A stretch of DNA of 64,000 bases. Origin: a virus. The position numbers were made by a program, and so were the translations under genes. The DNA is taken from positions 1 to 64,000 of the IMG/VR virus record IMGVR_UViG_3300042561_001059; one strand, given 5' to 3'. The notes below the pieces were generated by a model, which saw only the letters and a program-made list of their open reading frames with translations, was not told the origin of the DNA and did no database searches. This document shows positions 1 through 9,865 of this stretch, in pieces (position 1 is the stretch's first letter; every line of letters begins with the position of its first letter).

Positions 1-42
1 GGCGGCGGCGGATTATATGTAACAGAAGTACCACCGTACATA

Positions 43-495
43 TTATTCTCCTAGTTGTTTTTTAAACAACGAACGAACGGCAACATTTATTTCTTTCATT
101 TTAAAATAACCTTGCGTTAATAGGGCTACTAAAGGAAGAACTTCGTTAATGTAATCCCTTAAAACATGGGCGTAAATTTTATCAACACTATCTCCTGACT
201 CTAAAACGTTACTAATTTCCCATGCATTCCACATCGTAACATGCTGTGAAAATAACAAGTCTTTATGCTCGCAATAGAATTTGTTTGCTGGAAGCCTTAC
301 GAAAAAAATTTCTACAATAGTCAAAAGGTCTTGTTTGGTTATTGTTTCAAACTCATCAAAAATATCATCAACGATCCTGGAGCAAGTCGAAAGCATCTGT
401 AAATATTCTTCGGCTGACTCATTACCACCAGCGGCTTTCTTTATGATGAAATCTGCTTTTAACGAATTTTCTTCTCTTTCTTTTGAAGTACTCAT
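43..495 (-). CDS. hypothetical helical protein with DDxxD motif (isoprenoid-synthase-like fold possible)
   Basis: 150-aa ORF; RIVDDIFDE motif; follows the virion-like genes on the same strand. Confidence 0.5.
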   Translation of the reverse strand: MSTSKEREENSLKADFIIKKAAGGNESAEEYLQMLSTCSRIVDDIFDEFETITKQDLLTIVEIFFVRLPANKFYCEHKDLLFSQHVTMWNAWEISNVLESGDSVDKIYAHVLRDYINEVLPLVALLTQGYFKMKEINVAVRSLFKKQLGE

Positions 496-567
496 TTTAA
501 ATAAAAATTAAATTACACCAAAAGAATAGCTTAGCCAACAAGTGGTGCAGTGTTTATTAAATTTATA

Positions 568-1125
568 TTAACCAAAATATGAACCACGGACTGGCCCAAA
601 CATTGCATCTGTTAGTGCCATACGTTCACGCTTAATCCTGTCAAGTGCTAAACGATTTTCAAATCTAGCTGCTTCCTTTGCTTCTGGTGAAATACGTGCC
701 ATGCGTTCACGCTTAGATGCTTCAGACTGCAGACCAAGTTGACGCTCTGCATAAGGACCTTGAAAAAACTGCTTAGCTGCCTTTTCACGAGAAAATGCAA
801 GATCGCCGCCAGCACCAGCCTGAAAAAGCTGGCCCCACATTGAACTGCCAAGTCCAGCCTTAGTTTGCTCTCTACCTTCAAGTATTGCTTGATTTTGTGC
901 GGCAAGATTGGCCTGGGCAATACTAGCGGAGGTCTGTGCCTGACCCATGCCAAAAAGGCCGCTAATAACGCTGCTTCCTAAACCAAGGCCAAGAGTTAAA
1001 GGATCCATACCAGTTTTAGCACCACCACTACTAAGCTTTCCAACTGAAGAAAAATCTCCGTAACCACCGCCAAATGCTTTGGAAGGATCGAAAGAAGATA
1101 ATGAAGAAGGAAAACCGTAACTCAC
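568..1125 (-). CDS. putative internal virion/ejection-type protein
   Basis: Gly/Ala/Ser-rich, MDPLTLGLGLGSSVISGLFG segment; in a tightly packed minus-strand block. Confidence 0.45.
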   Translation of the reverse strand: MSYGFPSSLSSFDPSKAFGGGYGDFSSVGKLSSGGAKTGMDPLTLGLGLGSSVISGLFGMGQAQTSASIAQANLAAQNQAILEGREQTKAGLGSSMWGQLFQAGAGGDLAFSREKAAKQFFQGPYAERQLGLQSEASKRERMARISPEAKEAARFENRLALDRIKRERMALTDAMFGPVRGSYFG

Positions 1126-1131
1126 TTTATT

Positions 1132-1608
1132 TTACTCAAAGTATTTTTGAGATTGAAAATTAGCCGTGGCAAATTGAGGGCGTGGATAAGCTGCAAGAGT
1201 GCGAGCGTAAGTATCGGCAATCCCTTGACCTGCAAGTAAATTCATTGCTGAAATATTTCCAAAAGACTGAGAAATAGTCTTGGGAATATTTGCAAGCATT
1301 CCATATTTAAACGCTTCTCTAACGCTTTCTTTTCCTAATTCTTGAGCACGACGTGCCTCCCTTTCTCTCAAGCCCTCAATCTCTTCAATTTTATATTGTT
1401 GTTGAAAAGGCGCAAGTACTTGTGTGGTGGCCTTGGCTTCAATAGCTGCATTGATTTGTTTTTCACGAACAGCAGCTTGTTTGTCAGCAGGAAGCTTGCT
1501 AATTAACTCTTCAATATTTTCAAAAGATCCTGCAGAAGGTTGTCCATAGTTGAACATCCCTAAATTAGAACCCTGTTTAAAAGTATTAAAAATATTTGAC
1601 ATGATCAA
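1132..1608 (-). CDS. hypothetical virion-associated protein
   Basis: 158-aa ORF coupled to its neighbours. Confidence 0.45.
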   Translation of the reverse strand: MIMSNIFNTFKQGSNLGMFNYGQPSAGSFENIEELISKLPADKQAAVREKQINAAIEAKATTQVLAPFQQQYKIEEIEGLREREARRAQELGKESVREAFKYGMLANIPKTISQSFGNISAMNLLAGQGIADTYARTLAAYPRPQFATANFQSQKYFE

Positions 1609-2477
1609 CCAAAGCTAATGGAAGGAGCCTGGAGAGTTGCGCCGATATAAGGATTGGAGGCAAGGGCTTGACGTATGGTTGCACCACGCTCTTGCTGACC
1701 AACAATAGTAGAACGGCCCATCATTGCTGAGCGGCCAAGCTGTTGATAAGCAGCGGATTGGCTATTGAGCATTGCTTGTGCATTCGTTAATTGAGCGCGT
1801 TGTGCACGTTCAATAATTGGTGACATTGCTTTAGCTTGCTCAACTTCTTTAGTCATCATGTAACCAAGAAGTTCTTTGTCAAGCGCTAATTGGGCACCAC
1901 CAATTTGTTGAATATCTTGAAGGTTTTGAGCGCGATCAAATTCACGTTGTTGACGAGTAGCTGCGGTTTCAGTTAAGGGAATATTGGTACCAGGTACAGT
2001 AATGTCTGCTCCACCACCAGGGCGTTGACCGGATTCCTGCGCCTTACCAGCAAGACCAGTAACAACTTGTTCAGTACCCATCCCGCCGAATAAACCACCC
2101 AGGACTGGAAGTGCAAACTGAGCAACTTTACCAGCAGGTCCAGGAATAAGTTTTGCGATTCCGGCGCCAACGCCACCGCCAACAAGACTACCCAAAGTTC
2201 CAGTGAAAGCGCCAAGGGGATCTTGCTGTGCTAATTGAGATGCACCATATAAACCAGCGGTTCCAAGGGCACCATACATGCCCGGACGCCTGCCATAAGC
2301 CTGAGCAGCTTGTTGACTACCTGCAGCAACCTGCTGACCAATCTCTTGAGCCCTGGTACCAGCTTGCATTGCTGTTTGCGCACCAGAAGGGCCAAGGGTA
2401 CGGATCAGGTTAGGATCAACACCTGCACGCCGCAATTTTAACAATTCTTGAAAACGACTAACGTCTGAATCAGCCAT
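1605..2477 (-). CDS. putative internal virion protein with glycine-zipper-like segments
   Basis: 290 aa, GxxxG-rich hydrophobic stretches, Gln-rich C-terminus. Confidence 0.5.
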   Translation of the reverse strand: MADSDVSRFQELLKLRRAGVDPNLIRTLGPSGAQTAMQAGTRAQEIGQQVAAGSQQAAQAYGRRPGMYGALGTAGLYGASQLAQQDPLGAFTGTLGSLVGGGVGAGIAKLIPGPAGKVAQFALPVLGGLFGGMGTEQVVTGLAGKAQESGQRPGGGADITVPGTNIPLTETAATRQQREFDRAQNLQDIQQIGGAQLALDKELLGYMMTKEVEQAKAMSPIIERAQRAQLTNAQAMLNSQSAAYQQLGRSAMMGRSTIVGQQERGATIRQALASNPYIGATLQAPSISFG

Positions 2478-2497
2478 TCTTACTATTATTTATATGT

Positions 2498-3463
2498 TTA
2501 AATTCTACCAGGAGAAATATTTTGATACTCTTGTTGAGTCATTAAAGTTGGCCTGTTTCCAGATGCAACAACTTCGTTAATAACATTGCCAGCCATTACG
2601 CCACCAACTGAACCGGTAATAGCACCAGCCAATGCACGTACTGCTTTTTGCTTAGGAGAAGAAGCTGTTCTTGCTGCAACATTAGCAAGGAGTGTGCCAC
2701 CAGCAAAACCTCCCACCATGGGAGCATTTACTGGGTAACCCAACATTCTAAGTTCGGGCTTGCCCTCAAGATTCTCCATTGTTCCCTTAACAATTCCAAG
2801 TCCTCCTAAACCTTTTTCTTGGTAAAGAAAGCGCATGTAATTTGCGTATCTCTCAGGTGTTAAATCTGGAATCTCTTCTTTAGCTGTTGCATATTTGAGT
2901 GGATCTCCAGTCCTACCAAGGAAAAAGCGTTCGAATAATTCTTGAGTTGGTTGGCCTGTTTTACGCCTATCTTCTGCTCCTTTCTCAGAATAAGATTGAG
3001 CAAAACCCTTTGGCCTGAACTGCTCTTCTGGATTAGTAATGTCATAAGTACCAGCAGCAGCAATAGCTGGAGTAGCAACCGCTAAAGCAACTCCTGCCCT
3101 AAGTGTGGGGGAAGACAGCACATCCTTGTTCACACCCATCTCCACGCCTCGCTGAGCGATGGCTAGTGGATGATTCCAGCGCCACCAATAAGTTCGTGTA
3201 CCATCATTAGCAACGTCAATTAAAGCTCTGGAAGTATACGCGCCAAGAAATTGGACAGGCGTTTGTCTTGCACTAATACCTTCCTTTTTAAGTTCTTTTT
3301 TAAACTGCGGGCCTAAAACACTTTCACCATACCCCAATCCTTTGTTACCAAGAAGTTTATTTTCAGTATCTTGCTGCAGCATCCGTACCTGCAGTGCATC
3401 TGCGGTACTAAATCCTTTGAGATAGTCTTGAGCAAGTTGTTGAGCTTTTTGAAAGATATCCAT
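2498..3463 (-). CDS. hypothetical virion-associated protein
   Basis: 321-aa ORF with C-terminal glycine-zipper-like helices. Confidence 0.5.
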   Translation of the reverse strand: MDIFQKAQQLAQDYLKGFSTADALQVRMLQQDTENKLLGNKGLGYGESVLGPQFKKELKKEGISARQTPVQFLGAYTSRALIDVANDGTRTYWWRWNHPLAIAQRGVEMGVNKDVLSSPTLRAGVALAVATPAIAAAGTYDITNPEEQFRPKGFAQSYSEKGAEDRRKTGQPTQELFERFFLGRTGDPLKYATAKEEIPDLTPERYANYMRFLYQEKGLGGLGIVKGTMENLEGKPELRMLGYPVNAPMVGGFAGGTLLANVAARTASSPKQKAVRALAGAITGSVGGVMAGNVINEVVASGNRPTLMTQQEYQNISPGRI

Positions 3464-3465
3464 AA

Positions 3466-4020
3466 CTACTCCATCATTTCCAGCATTTCAGGAGGAAGTG
3501 TGATGCCTGGATAATGGAAAGCAGTTTGTTCAATCCCTTGCATTTGGAATTGAGTTCCAGGGGCAAGCGCTTGCTGTTGAAGTTTATTAATAGATTGACG
3601 CTGAAGAGTCTGTTGATATAACTGCTGCTCTTGTGAAATATTGGTTGGCTCAACTACTTGCGCATTATTATATAAAGCGCCTTGGGTTGCCAAGTCAACC
3701 AAAGGCATAGAAGCAAAAGAAGCACCTAAGTTTGCTACATTTTCAACCGTAGAAGGAGAATAGGGAATCTCTCTTACAGTTTTTTTACCTGCCGCATCTG
3801 TTACCACGGCTTTGCCACCAGGAGTACCAGGGAAATATTTACGTGCTGCTGCAACAACCGGATAATTCAAAAGGAAATCACCTGCGCCATATGCAAGGCC
3901 CGCAACAGGACCTTGCGTTAAAGCACCAATAGCAAAGTTAATTCCCGCCCCAGGTAATGCTGCCTTTGCTGCTTGACGAGAAGCAGGGCCGCCCAGTGTT
4001 CGCAATATTCCTGACAACAT
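3466..4020 (-). CDS. hypothetical virion-associated protein
   Basis: 184-aa Ala/Gly/Gln-rich ORF. Confidence 0.45.
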   Translation of the reverse strand: MLSGILRTLGGPASRQAAKAALPGAGINFAIGALTQGPVAGLAYGAGDFLLNYPVVAAARKYFPGTPGGKAVVTDAAGKKTVREIPYSPSTVENVANLGASFASMPLVDLATQGALYNNAQVVEPTNISQEQQLYQQTLQRQSINKLQQQALAPGTQFQMQGIEQTAFHYPGITLPPEMLEMME

Positions 4021-4041
4021 GTTTTTATTTTTTATTCTAAG

Positions 4042-4686
4042 TTAGGTAATTGTTTTACCTGGAGAGATGTTTGATTCTTCTTGGCTGATCTCTTGGGTAC
4101 CCGTTTTTTCTTCTGCAGTTGGATTTAATTTTTTGCTTTTAAGTAACTCTGCAACTGATACATTATTCTCAAGTTCGTTCTCAACACGACCTTCGGCAAG
4201 AGACATGATAAACCCATTGGGATCAGGGTTATTCATGCGTGGCATAGGATTTCTTGCACGTTTTTCTGGATTAAGTGTTGGGCTTAAGCGGTAAGCCTCC
4301 ACCCAAGTTGGATTAAAGTCTGGTTGATCTTGAGGACGTGTTTTTGTCATTGCACGTCCATTTTCAAAGTCGTACTCTTGCGGCCTATTGAACCTGCCAA
4401 GACCGGCAAACATTTCATAACTTTCAGCCGGTAACTCATTTTTTGTATCCCAAAAAGGAGAATTGGGTACAAAATTAAGTCTTGGATTAAGATTTACCTT
4501 TCTATTTTGAACTGCTTTTAATAGGTCTTCCGAAGTATATCTAGAAGGGACCCAGGGGGAACCACCTGTTTCTGTATCGTATTTATTCCTAAATAACTCA
4601 CGAAAATTTAACTGAGACGCAATACGTCCTTTGTTATCAAAAGGATTAGAGATGTAACGATTTAACTCAAGACGTGCGTCTTTCAT
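4042..4686 (-). CDS. hypothetical protein
   Basis: 214-aa ORF coupled to the upstream gene. Confidence 0.5.
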   Translation of the reverse strand: MKDARLELNRYISNPFDNKGRIASQLNFRELFRNKYDTETGGSPWVPSRYTSEDLLKAVQNRKVNLNPRLNFVPNSPFWDTKNELPAESYEMFAGLGRFNRPQEYDFENGRAMTKTRPQDQPDFNPTWVEAYRLSPTLNPEKRARNPMPRMNNPDPNGFIMSLAEGRVENELENNVSVAELLKSKKLNPTAEEKTGTQEISQEESNISPGKTIT

Positions 4687-4901
4687 TCTTTAGATTTCTT
4701 TTTGTCGTGCAAGCCGACAAGGGTTTTGCGAAGTCTAGCTTGCTTTACGGTGCGCTCATCATACTTTTCAGGATCGGCAAGGACGTTCTCCTGAAGTTGA
4801 GCACTGGTAATTCCTTTACGTTTGGCTTTGGCAGTAAAGGCGCCTTCCTTCATTTCCATGCCTTGAATCCACTTTTTAGATTTTTTCTTTTCTTCAGCCA
4901 T
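4683..4901 (-). CDS. small basic phage protein
   Basis: KWIQ..KEGAFTAKAK..KQARLRKTL pattern resembles widespread small Lys-rich phage proteins. Confidence 0.55.
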   Translation of the reverse strand: MAEEKKKSKKWIQGMEMKEGAFTAKAKRKGITSAQLQENVLADPEKYDERTVKQARLRKTLVGLHDKKKSKE

Positions 4902-4902
4902 A

Positions 4903-7008
4903 TCAAAGATTGCCTTTCAATTGACGACGCAAAAACTCTTGCGGATCACGTCCCTCGATTCTAGCCCGACGTAACACTTCACTTACCGCAAGGCTTTCTT
5001 TTGTACGCTCTCGCCGTTCGATCTCAGACTGAATAGCACGTGCACCAGATTTTGTTGACTTTTCTTGAGCACGCATCAAACCTTCCATTGAAACATTTGA
5101 AAAAGGTGTTGACTCTTTCTTAGCAAGCCACTTAGGTACCTCTGTTGGTTTCTGGCCAGCAGCAGCAGAATACTGACCAGTCAACTTACTCATGGCGCCT
5201 GGCACATAAGCAGATTGAATTCCGTAAATACCAGTGCCTGCTGCGCCTCCTGGTACTTGGGGGGTCGGAGGATTATTTAAGAAGCTATATGTAATTTCTT
5301 GTTTGGATAGTTGAGATTCTGGAATATCCGCAGACATTGCTCCACGAACACGTTGCGCCCCTGGAATATCAGGACCCATCTCCACTGGCATTCCTGTAAT
5401 CAGTGGATCGTTAGCTCCATAAAGTTGACGCAGTTCATACTTAGGAGGAACTTCTTGCGAGCTAGGAGAAACGCCACGAATTGCCGTACCAGCAGCAGTC
5501 GATTCGATCTGTGCTTCTGGTCCAATATTTATTAGTGTGCGTTCTTTTAAATTTCCAATGGGATCTTCGCCAGCACTAGCAGCTTCTACTGCTTTACGAA
5601 TTGTAGTAGGAAGAGAAATATCAATTTTTCCTTGGGCTTGTAACTCTTGAAACTTTTGAGTTCCAGGGGTTGCGCCTGAGATTGATTTATTAACCCAAGC
5701 CTCAGCAAGAGCGTTTTCAAATCGTTGAGTACCGGGGCGCAGGCCACGAGAAGCAAGTTGCTCACGAAGAACAATCATCTCTTCTTTTGCAAGATCTGCA
5801 AGCTCTTGAGAAGAAAGAGATCTGGCTGTTTCAACTTGATCAACTGGGAGACCGTCTGTTGTTTGACTGGCTACAGCCTCAATACTTCCCGCAGCATCTT
5901 CTAGTAAATCAATATCAGCAATATTTAAATCTTCATTGCGTTGAAGTTGTTGACGCATACGACCTGTCATCTGGTCTTCACCAGATTCAACTGCGTTAAT
6001 TTTTTGATCAATTACTTGACCTTCATTTAATTGTTGAAGAGAAGTAAGATCTTCTACCGGAGAAACGGCACCAGTTTGTTCAATATATTGACGAGGATTG
6101 AAACCTTGAGGTTTTGAACGCTCTTGTTTTGCTTCCTCTCTTAACTGATCAATAACGCGCATCGCCATCCCTTCTCTTTGGGTGGCAACATCTCGTTGAA
6201 TTTTTTGTTGGCGTTTACCTTCCAGGTCTACGTTGCGTACATATTCATCAACAAGTTCTTGCGCAATATCTCTTTCTGCCTCTTTAGTGTATTTAAAAAT
6301 ATCTAGTTGATTCGGTGCTGCTGAAATAGGAATTGCAGGTGCTTGTTCTTCTGCAAGACCCAAGGCTTCTCGTCTGACTTCTGTAAGGTTTGGACCGAAT
6401 TCAGAACTACGTAATTGACGCAGTGTTGGTGAAACTTCACCACCAAGTTCTAGTTGATAGGTACCAGGGGCTAGTTGTTGTGTACGTTTAGCTTGTTCTT
6501 GTTGCAGTTGACGACGTGCAGCAAGAGTTTCTTCACTGATTTTGGGGAATTCAAATCGAGAAGGATAAACATCCCTGTAAGTAGGGCCTTTGGAGTAAGG
6601 GCTTACGTACTCAGGCTCTACTTCTGTAGATTGAATTGTAGTTGGTGCAACGGTTTTGGAAGGTGCAACTTGAGTTTCTTCTGCAACGCGACGTACAAGC
6701 GAGGACTCTTCTGCAAAGCGCTCCAGGTTGGCCTGCCTGACCCCTGCGTTAGCTGATTGCTTAGGGCCACGCATCAGACGACGGATGCTAAGACCGGCTC
6801 CTACGCCCCCAGCAAGGGCCAAACCAACGCCTACACCTACAGAAAGCGGGTCAAACCCTTGTTTTTCTTCTTGTTGAGGAGCTTTGAGCTGATTACGGCG
6901 GAATGCAAGGACTTCTGGCGCCATTTGAGCCCTTTCACTGGGATCATTGGGGATTGGGGCTCCAGTTGCCTGACTATATGCGTAAAAATCTGCCGGAGAA
7001 AGCGCCAT
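4903..7008 (-). CDS. large hypothetical, probably virion-associated protein
   Basis: 701-aa ORF; one hydrophobic segment near the N-terminus; Glu/Gln-rich. Confidence 0.55.
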   Translation of the reverse strand: MALSPADFYAYSQATGAPIPNDPSERAQMAPEVLAFRRNQLKAPQQEEKQGFDPLSVGVGVGLALAGGVGAGLSIRRLMRGPKQSANAGVRQANLERFAEESSLVRRVAEETQVAPSKTVAPTTIQSTEVEPEYVSPYSKGPTYRDVYPSRFEFPKISEETLAARRQLQQEQAKRTQQLAPGTYQLELGGEVSPTLRQLRSSEFGPNLTEVRREALGLAEEQAPAIPISAAPNQLDIFKYTKEAERDIAQELVDEYVRNVDLEGKRQQKIQRDVATQREGMAMRVIDQLREEAKQERSKPQGFNPRQYIEQTGAVSPVEDLTSLQQLNEGQVIDQKINAVESGEDQMTGRMRQQLQRNEDLNIADIDLLEDAAGSIEAVASQTTDGLPVDQVETARSLSSQELADLAKEEMIVLREQLASRGLRPGTQRFENALAEAWVNKSISGATPGTQKFQELQAQGKIDISLPTTIRKAVEAASAGEDPIGNLKERTLINIGPEAQIESTAAGTAIRGVSPSSQEVPPKYELRQLYGANDPLITGMPVEMGPDIPGAQRVRGAMSADIPESQLSKQEITYSFLNNPPTPQVPGGAAGTGIYGIQSAYVPGAMSKLTGQYSAAAGQKPTEVPKWLAKKESTPFSNVSMEGLMRAQEKSTKSGARAIQSEIERRERTKESLAVSEVLRRARIEGRDPQEFLRRQLKGNL

Positions 7009-7110
7009 TCGAATTTATAACACTAACTTTTGTGCTTTCAACATTCTATTGGTTACTAATCCAAAGAATAGATGCTTTATATTAAGTAAATAACAAAAGA
7101 ATGTAGAGAA

Positions 7111-7329
7111 ATGGACGCAGGTGTGCGCCAAAAACGTGTAGAAGCACTAGAGCTTATTAAAAATAAAGCTCTTGGTATGGCAAAAGAAGGCCGTGATTCG
7201 TTAGAAGTGCGTGATTTTGTATCTAATGCTAAGAAAGAATTGGCTTATGAGCTTCCAGATGAGGAAGCTTTTGGTAAAGCAGTAAAAGCAACAATGGCTT
7301 ATAAGCGTAAAAAAGAACGCCAAAGCTAA
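7111..7329 (+). CDS. hypothetical protein
   Basis: 72-aa ORF divergent from the virion block, followed by a terminator. Confidence 0.55.
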   Translation: MDAGVRQKRVEALELIKNKALGMAKEGRDSLEVRDFVSNAKKELAYELPDEEAFGKAVKATMAYKRKKERQS

Positions 7330-7348
7330 ATAAACAAATAAAAATGTC

Positions 7349-7375
7349 GCCGGGAAACAAAAGCCCGGCATTTTT
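7349..7375 (+). terminator. Rho-independent terminator
   Basis: GCCGGG-N9-CCCGGC followed by ATTTTT. Confidence 0.6.
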
Positions 7376-7795
7376 GTGTAAATATTTGGACTAACCGGTA
7401 GTTTTGAGTACTATTTAGGATTTTTTATATTTTTTAAAATGTGTTTTTTGTTGTGCGCTTAAAGCGCCAACTTTTATACCCATATGGGTTGATAGTTATC
7501 TGACTCTTCTCCAACCACCAAACTGTAGTGGATTATGGGAAGAAAAAAAAAGGATACCGGTAACGATTCATAAGTATTTTTTATATAGCGAATGAAGCGT
7601 AGGCGGTCGTCCCAACCACTTTTATACAACCCTATGATAAACCTGTGGTAAACTCACCTGTTTTTGACCTAATTCGCTCTACCTGGCGCTGTCTAAATCG
7701 CTGAAAAGACTGTCGTGCCAAGGGATCTCGAGGATTGGTGGTTGCGAAAGGAGGAATGAATGAAGTGAATTCATTATTTATCTTTCGAATTCGTC

Positions 7796-7978
7796 ATGAT
7801 TTACACTGTTCAAATCAAACGGAATCCATTCGAACCTAACGTTGATTATACCTTTGCTGATACATATCTGCAAGGGTGTGAACGTCAGTTCGATACCAAA
7901 GAGCAAGCTGTTTCTTACCTCAATACATTTGAGGATTGGGAACAGGATTTGCTCTGTATTGATTCGTTTCCTTTCTGA
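7796..7978 (+). CDS. small early hypothetical protein
   Basis: first ORF of the plus-strand small-gene block. Confidence 0.5.
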   Translation: MIYTVQIKRNPFEPNVDYTFADTYLQGCERQFDTKEQAVSYLNTFEDWEQDLLCIDSFPF

Positions 7979-8019
7979 GTACCAGGCGTGACGCCGGGGG
8001 ATCAAATCCCCCACTCAGA
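7974..8019 (+). ncRNA. minimal tRNA-like element (acceptor stem plus T-arm-like hairpin)
   Basis: TCTGAGT/ACTCAGA 7-bp stem; GGGGG-ATCAAAT-CCCCC 5-bp stem with 7-nt loop; GGCGTGACGCC hairpin. Confidence 0.45.
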
Positions 8020-8057
8020 CTTACCACCCGCTAAGGGTGGTCTACTTAATACAACTC

Positions 8058-8288
8058 ATGATGATCTACCAGCCCACAGTTGATTCCCTTGACCGTGTCG
8101 TATGGCATGGTGGTGAATCAACGCAACTTCACTATGAGAAACTATCTCATGGCAAGTGGCTTGAACGCGATGTTCAAACTCTTGGCTCTGGTCTACCCAG
8201 GGGCATGAGTGAAATGCAGGCTGAGATGGTTGAGTACTATCAACTCTCTCAACTGCTTGAACAAGAACGTACCAAGCAACTTATGTGA
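8058..8288 (+). CDS. hypothetical protein
   Basis: ATG start after a C/A-rich leader. Confidence 0.5.
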   Translation: MMIYQPTVDSLDRVVWHGGESTQLHYEKLSHGKWLERDVQTLGSGLPRGMSEMQAEMVEYYQLSQLLEQERTKQLM

Positions 8289-8371
8289 TGCTTGCATATT
8301 CCCATCTGTAACAAGATGGGTTTCTGCAGACTTCACATCTGCACTCAATTCAACTCAACCCACCTAGGACT

Positions 8372-8614
8372 ATGTCTCCTGCAAGTGTTGAACGTTTACT
8401 GATCCAAGATGCCCGGCTTCTCGCTCGTCGAGATGCACCTGTCATTGATCAAGAGATTGAAAGTGCAAGGCAACGAGCACTTGAGGTCTTTTACCAATGG
8501 CAAGACGGGATGGTTCAGTTCCAAGATCTGGTTCCATTCGTTGTTGTTCTTGAGAAGAAAGTCGATCTTAATCGAGCTCTTCTCAAGTGGGAACAAGAAC
8601 ATCTCGTAGATTAA
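8372..8614 (+). CDS. hypothetical protein
   Basis: 80-aa ORF between repeat copies. Confidence 0.55.
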   Translation: MSPASVERLLIQDARLLARRDAPVIDQEIESARQRALEVFYQWQDGMVQFQDLVPFVVVLEKKVDLNRALLKWEQEHLVD

Positions 8615-8706
8615 TTTCTGCATATAACCCTTCTCATCCATTGGGTGAGTGGGTTTTCTGCAGGATTTAACTCCTGCTTGTCTACTAACTCAATTCAATT
8701 CAACCC

Positions 8707-9108
8707 ATGGCTTACGCTGATCTGCAATCAACAACTCTTGTTGGTCGCATTGCTGATCTCACTGTTATTACTACAGAAGATGAACGCAACTGCCTGGTCG
8801 TTACTATGTATCACCGCATCTCTCAAGATGCTACGGTCACTGTCAAGTTCTTGAATAGCAATGGCTTGCTCACTGCGTACACCAATGACAATCTCGTCGT
8901 TGGTCAAGAGTTGACAGTCTCAGGAAAGATCCAGGCTATTCGTTGCTTCTATATGAAAGATGAAGAGTTGACTCCTCTCAAGCAACCTGAGTTCCAAATG
9001 AAAGTCACTGACTACGCATTTGGTTCCAAGCCCCAACCCAAGGTTGAGGGAAAGGTTGCTGCTAAGAAGGGAAAGGTACAGCCAACGCTGGAACCTGTTG
9101 AACTCTGA
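8707..9108 (+). CDS. SSB-like OB-fold protein
   Basis: TTLVGRIAD...VGQELTVSGKI pattern typical of SSB OB-folds. Confidence 0.5.
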   Translation: MAYADLQSTTLVGRIADLTVITTEDERNCLVVTMYHRISQDATVTVKFLNSNGLLTAYTNDNLVVGQELTVSGKIQAIRCFYMKDEELTPLKQPEFQMKVTDYAFGSKPQPKVEGKVAAKKGKVQPTLEPVEL

Positions 9109-9253
9109 TTAATTTCTGCACATTCCCATCTAGAAATAGATGGGTTTCTGCAGGACTTAATATCCTGCTCCCCTTCCACCTACCACCACTAGTACAAAGA
9201 TACTATTGGCCCATCAACCGTCAGGTTGATTCCCCATCCTTCGATCCATCATC

Positions 9254-9493
9254 ATGAAGCACATCATTAAGCTAAGTGATCGCAGCTTCCTGCACCTTGA
9301 TTCATACACTGAAAACATGGGTGAGAAGGCTGCGTCATTCGTTGGTAAAGCACTTGTCTTTATCACCGCCACAAGCATTGCTGCCATCACTACAGGCGCT
9401 ATGCTCGGTTACGACATCAGCACATTCAACTTCGATGGTAGCACCAAGCGAGTACCTATTCAGCACAGCTCTCAAGTGGAAACCAAACGGTGA
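9254..9493 (+). CDS. hypothetical membrane protein
   Basis: single hydrophobic segment. Confidence 0.45.
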   Translation: MKHIIKLSDRSFLHLDSYTENMGEKAASFVGKALVFITATSIAAITTGAMLGYDISTFNFDGSTKRVPIQHSSQVETKR

Positions 9494-9578
9494 GCTTGCA
9501 ACCAGAGATCTGAACTTTGTCCATGCACTTGTCATGGCAACAGATCGCAGACCCTTTGAACTCACACCAACTCAACCT

Positions 9579-9800
9579 ATGACCTACGTAGCATTAATCG
9601 CTGATGCAACCGGTCGCTTTGTCCATGTCTATGGCAATGCCAACTCATGGTCTCAATTCATTGATGAGCTTGAGGATGTAGGTTGCGAAGTCATTGAAAA
9701 TCAAACAGAAGACTACGAATCTCTTGAAGATATTCAAGAGTATTGCGTAACGATCCAGCAGCTAACGGGCAAGGAATCAAACTTTGTTCCTTATCCGTAA
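9579..9800 (+). CDS. hypothetical protein
   Basis: likely start MTYVALI within a longer ORF. Confidence 0.45.
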   Translation: MTYVALIADATGRFVHVYGNANSWSQFIDELEDVGCEVIENQTEDYESLEDIQEYCVTIQQLTGKESNFVPYP

Positions 9801-9865
9801 CAACACTGCTAGATCTAAGCATTTATTAAAACTAACTTGTAATAACACAACGTAATAACATTAAT

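Larger units (their letters stand above)
8293..9168 (+). repeat. three intergenic copies of a two-hairpin motif (8293-8343, 8611-8677, 9109-9168)
   Basis: TGCAYAT..CCC..GGGTTT(T)CTGCAG(G)A..T(C)CTGC in three consecutive intergenic gaps. Confidence 0.75.
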
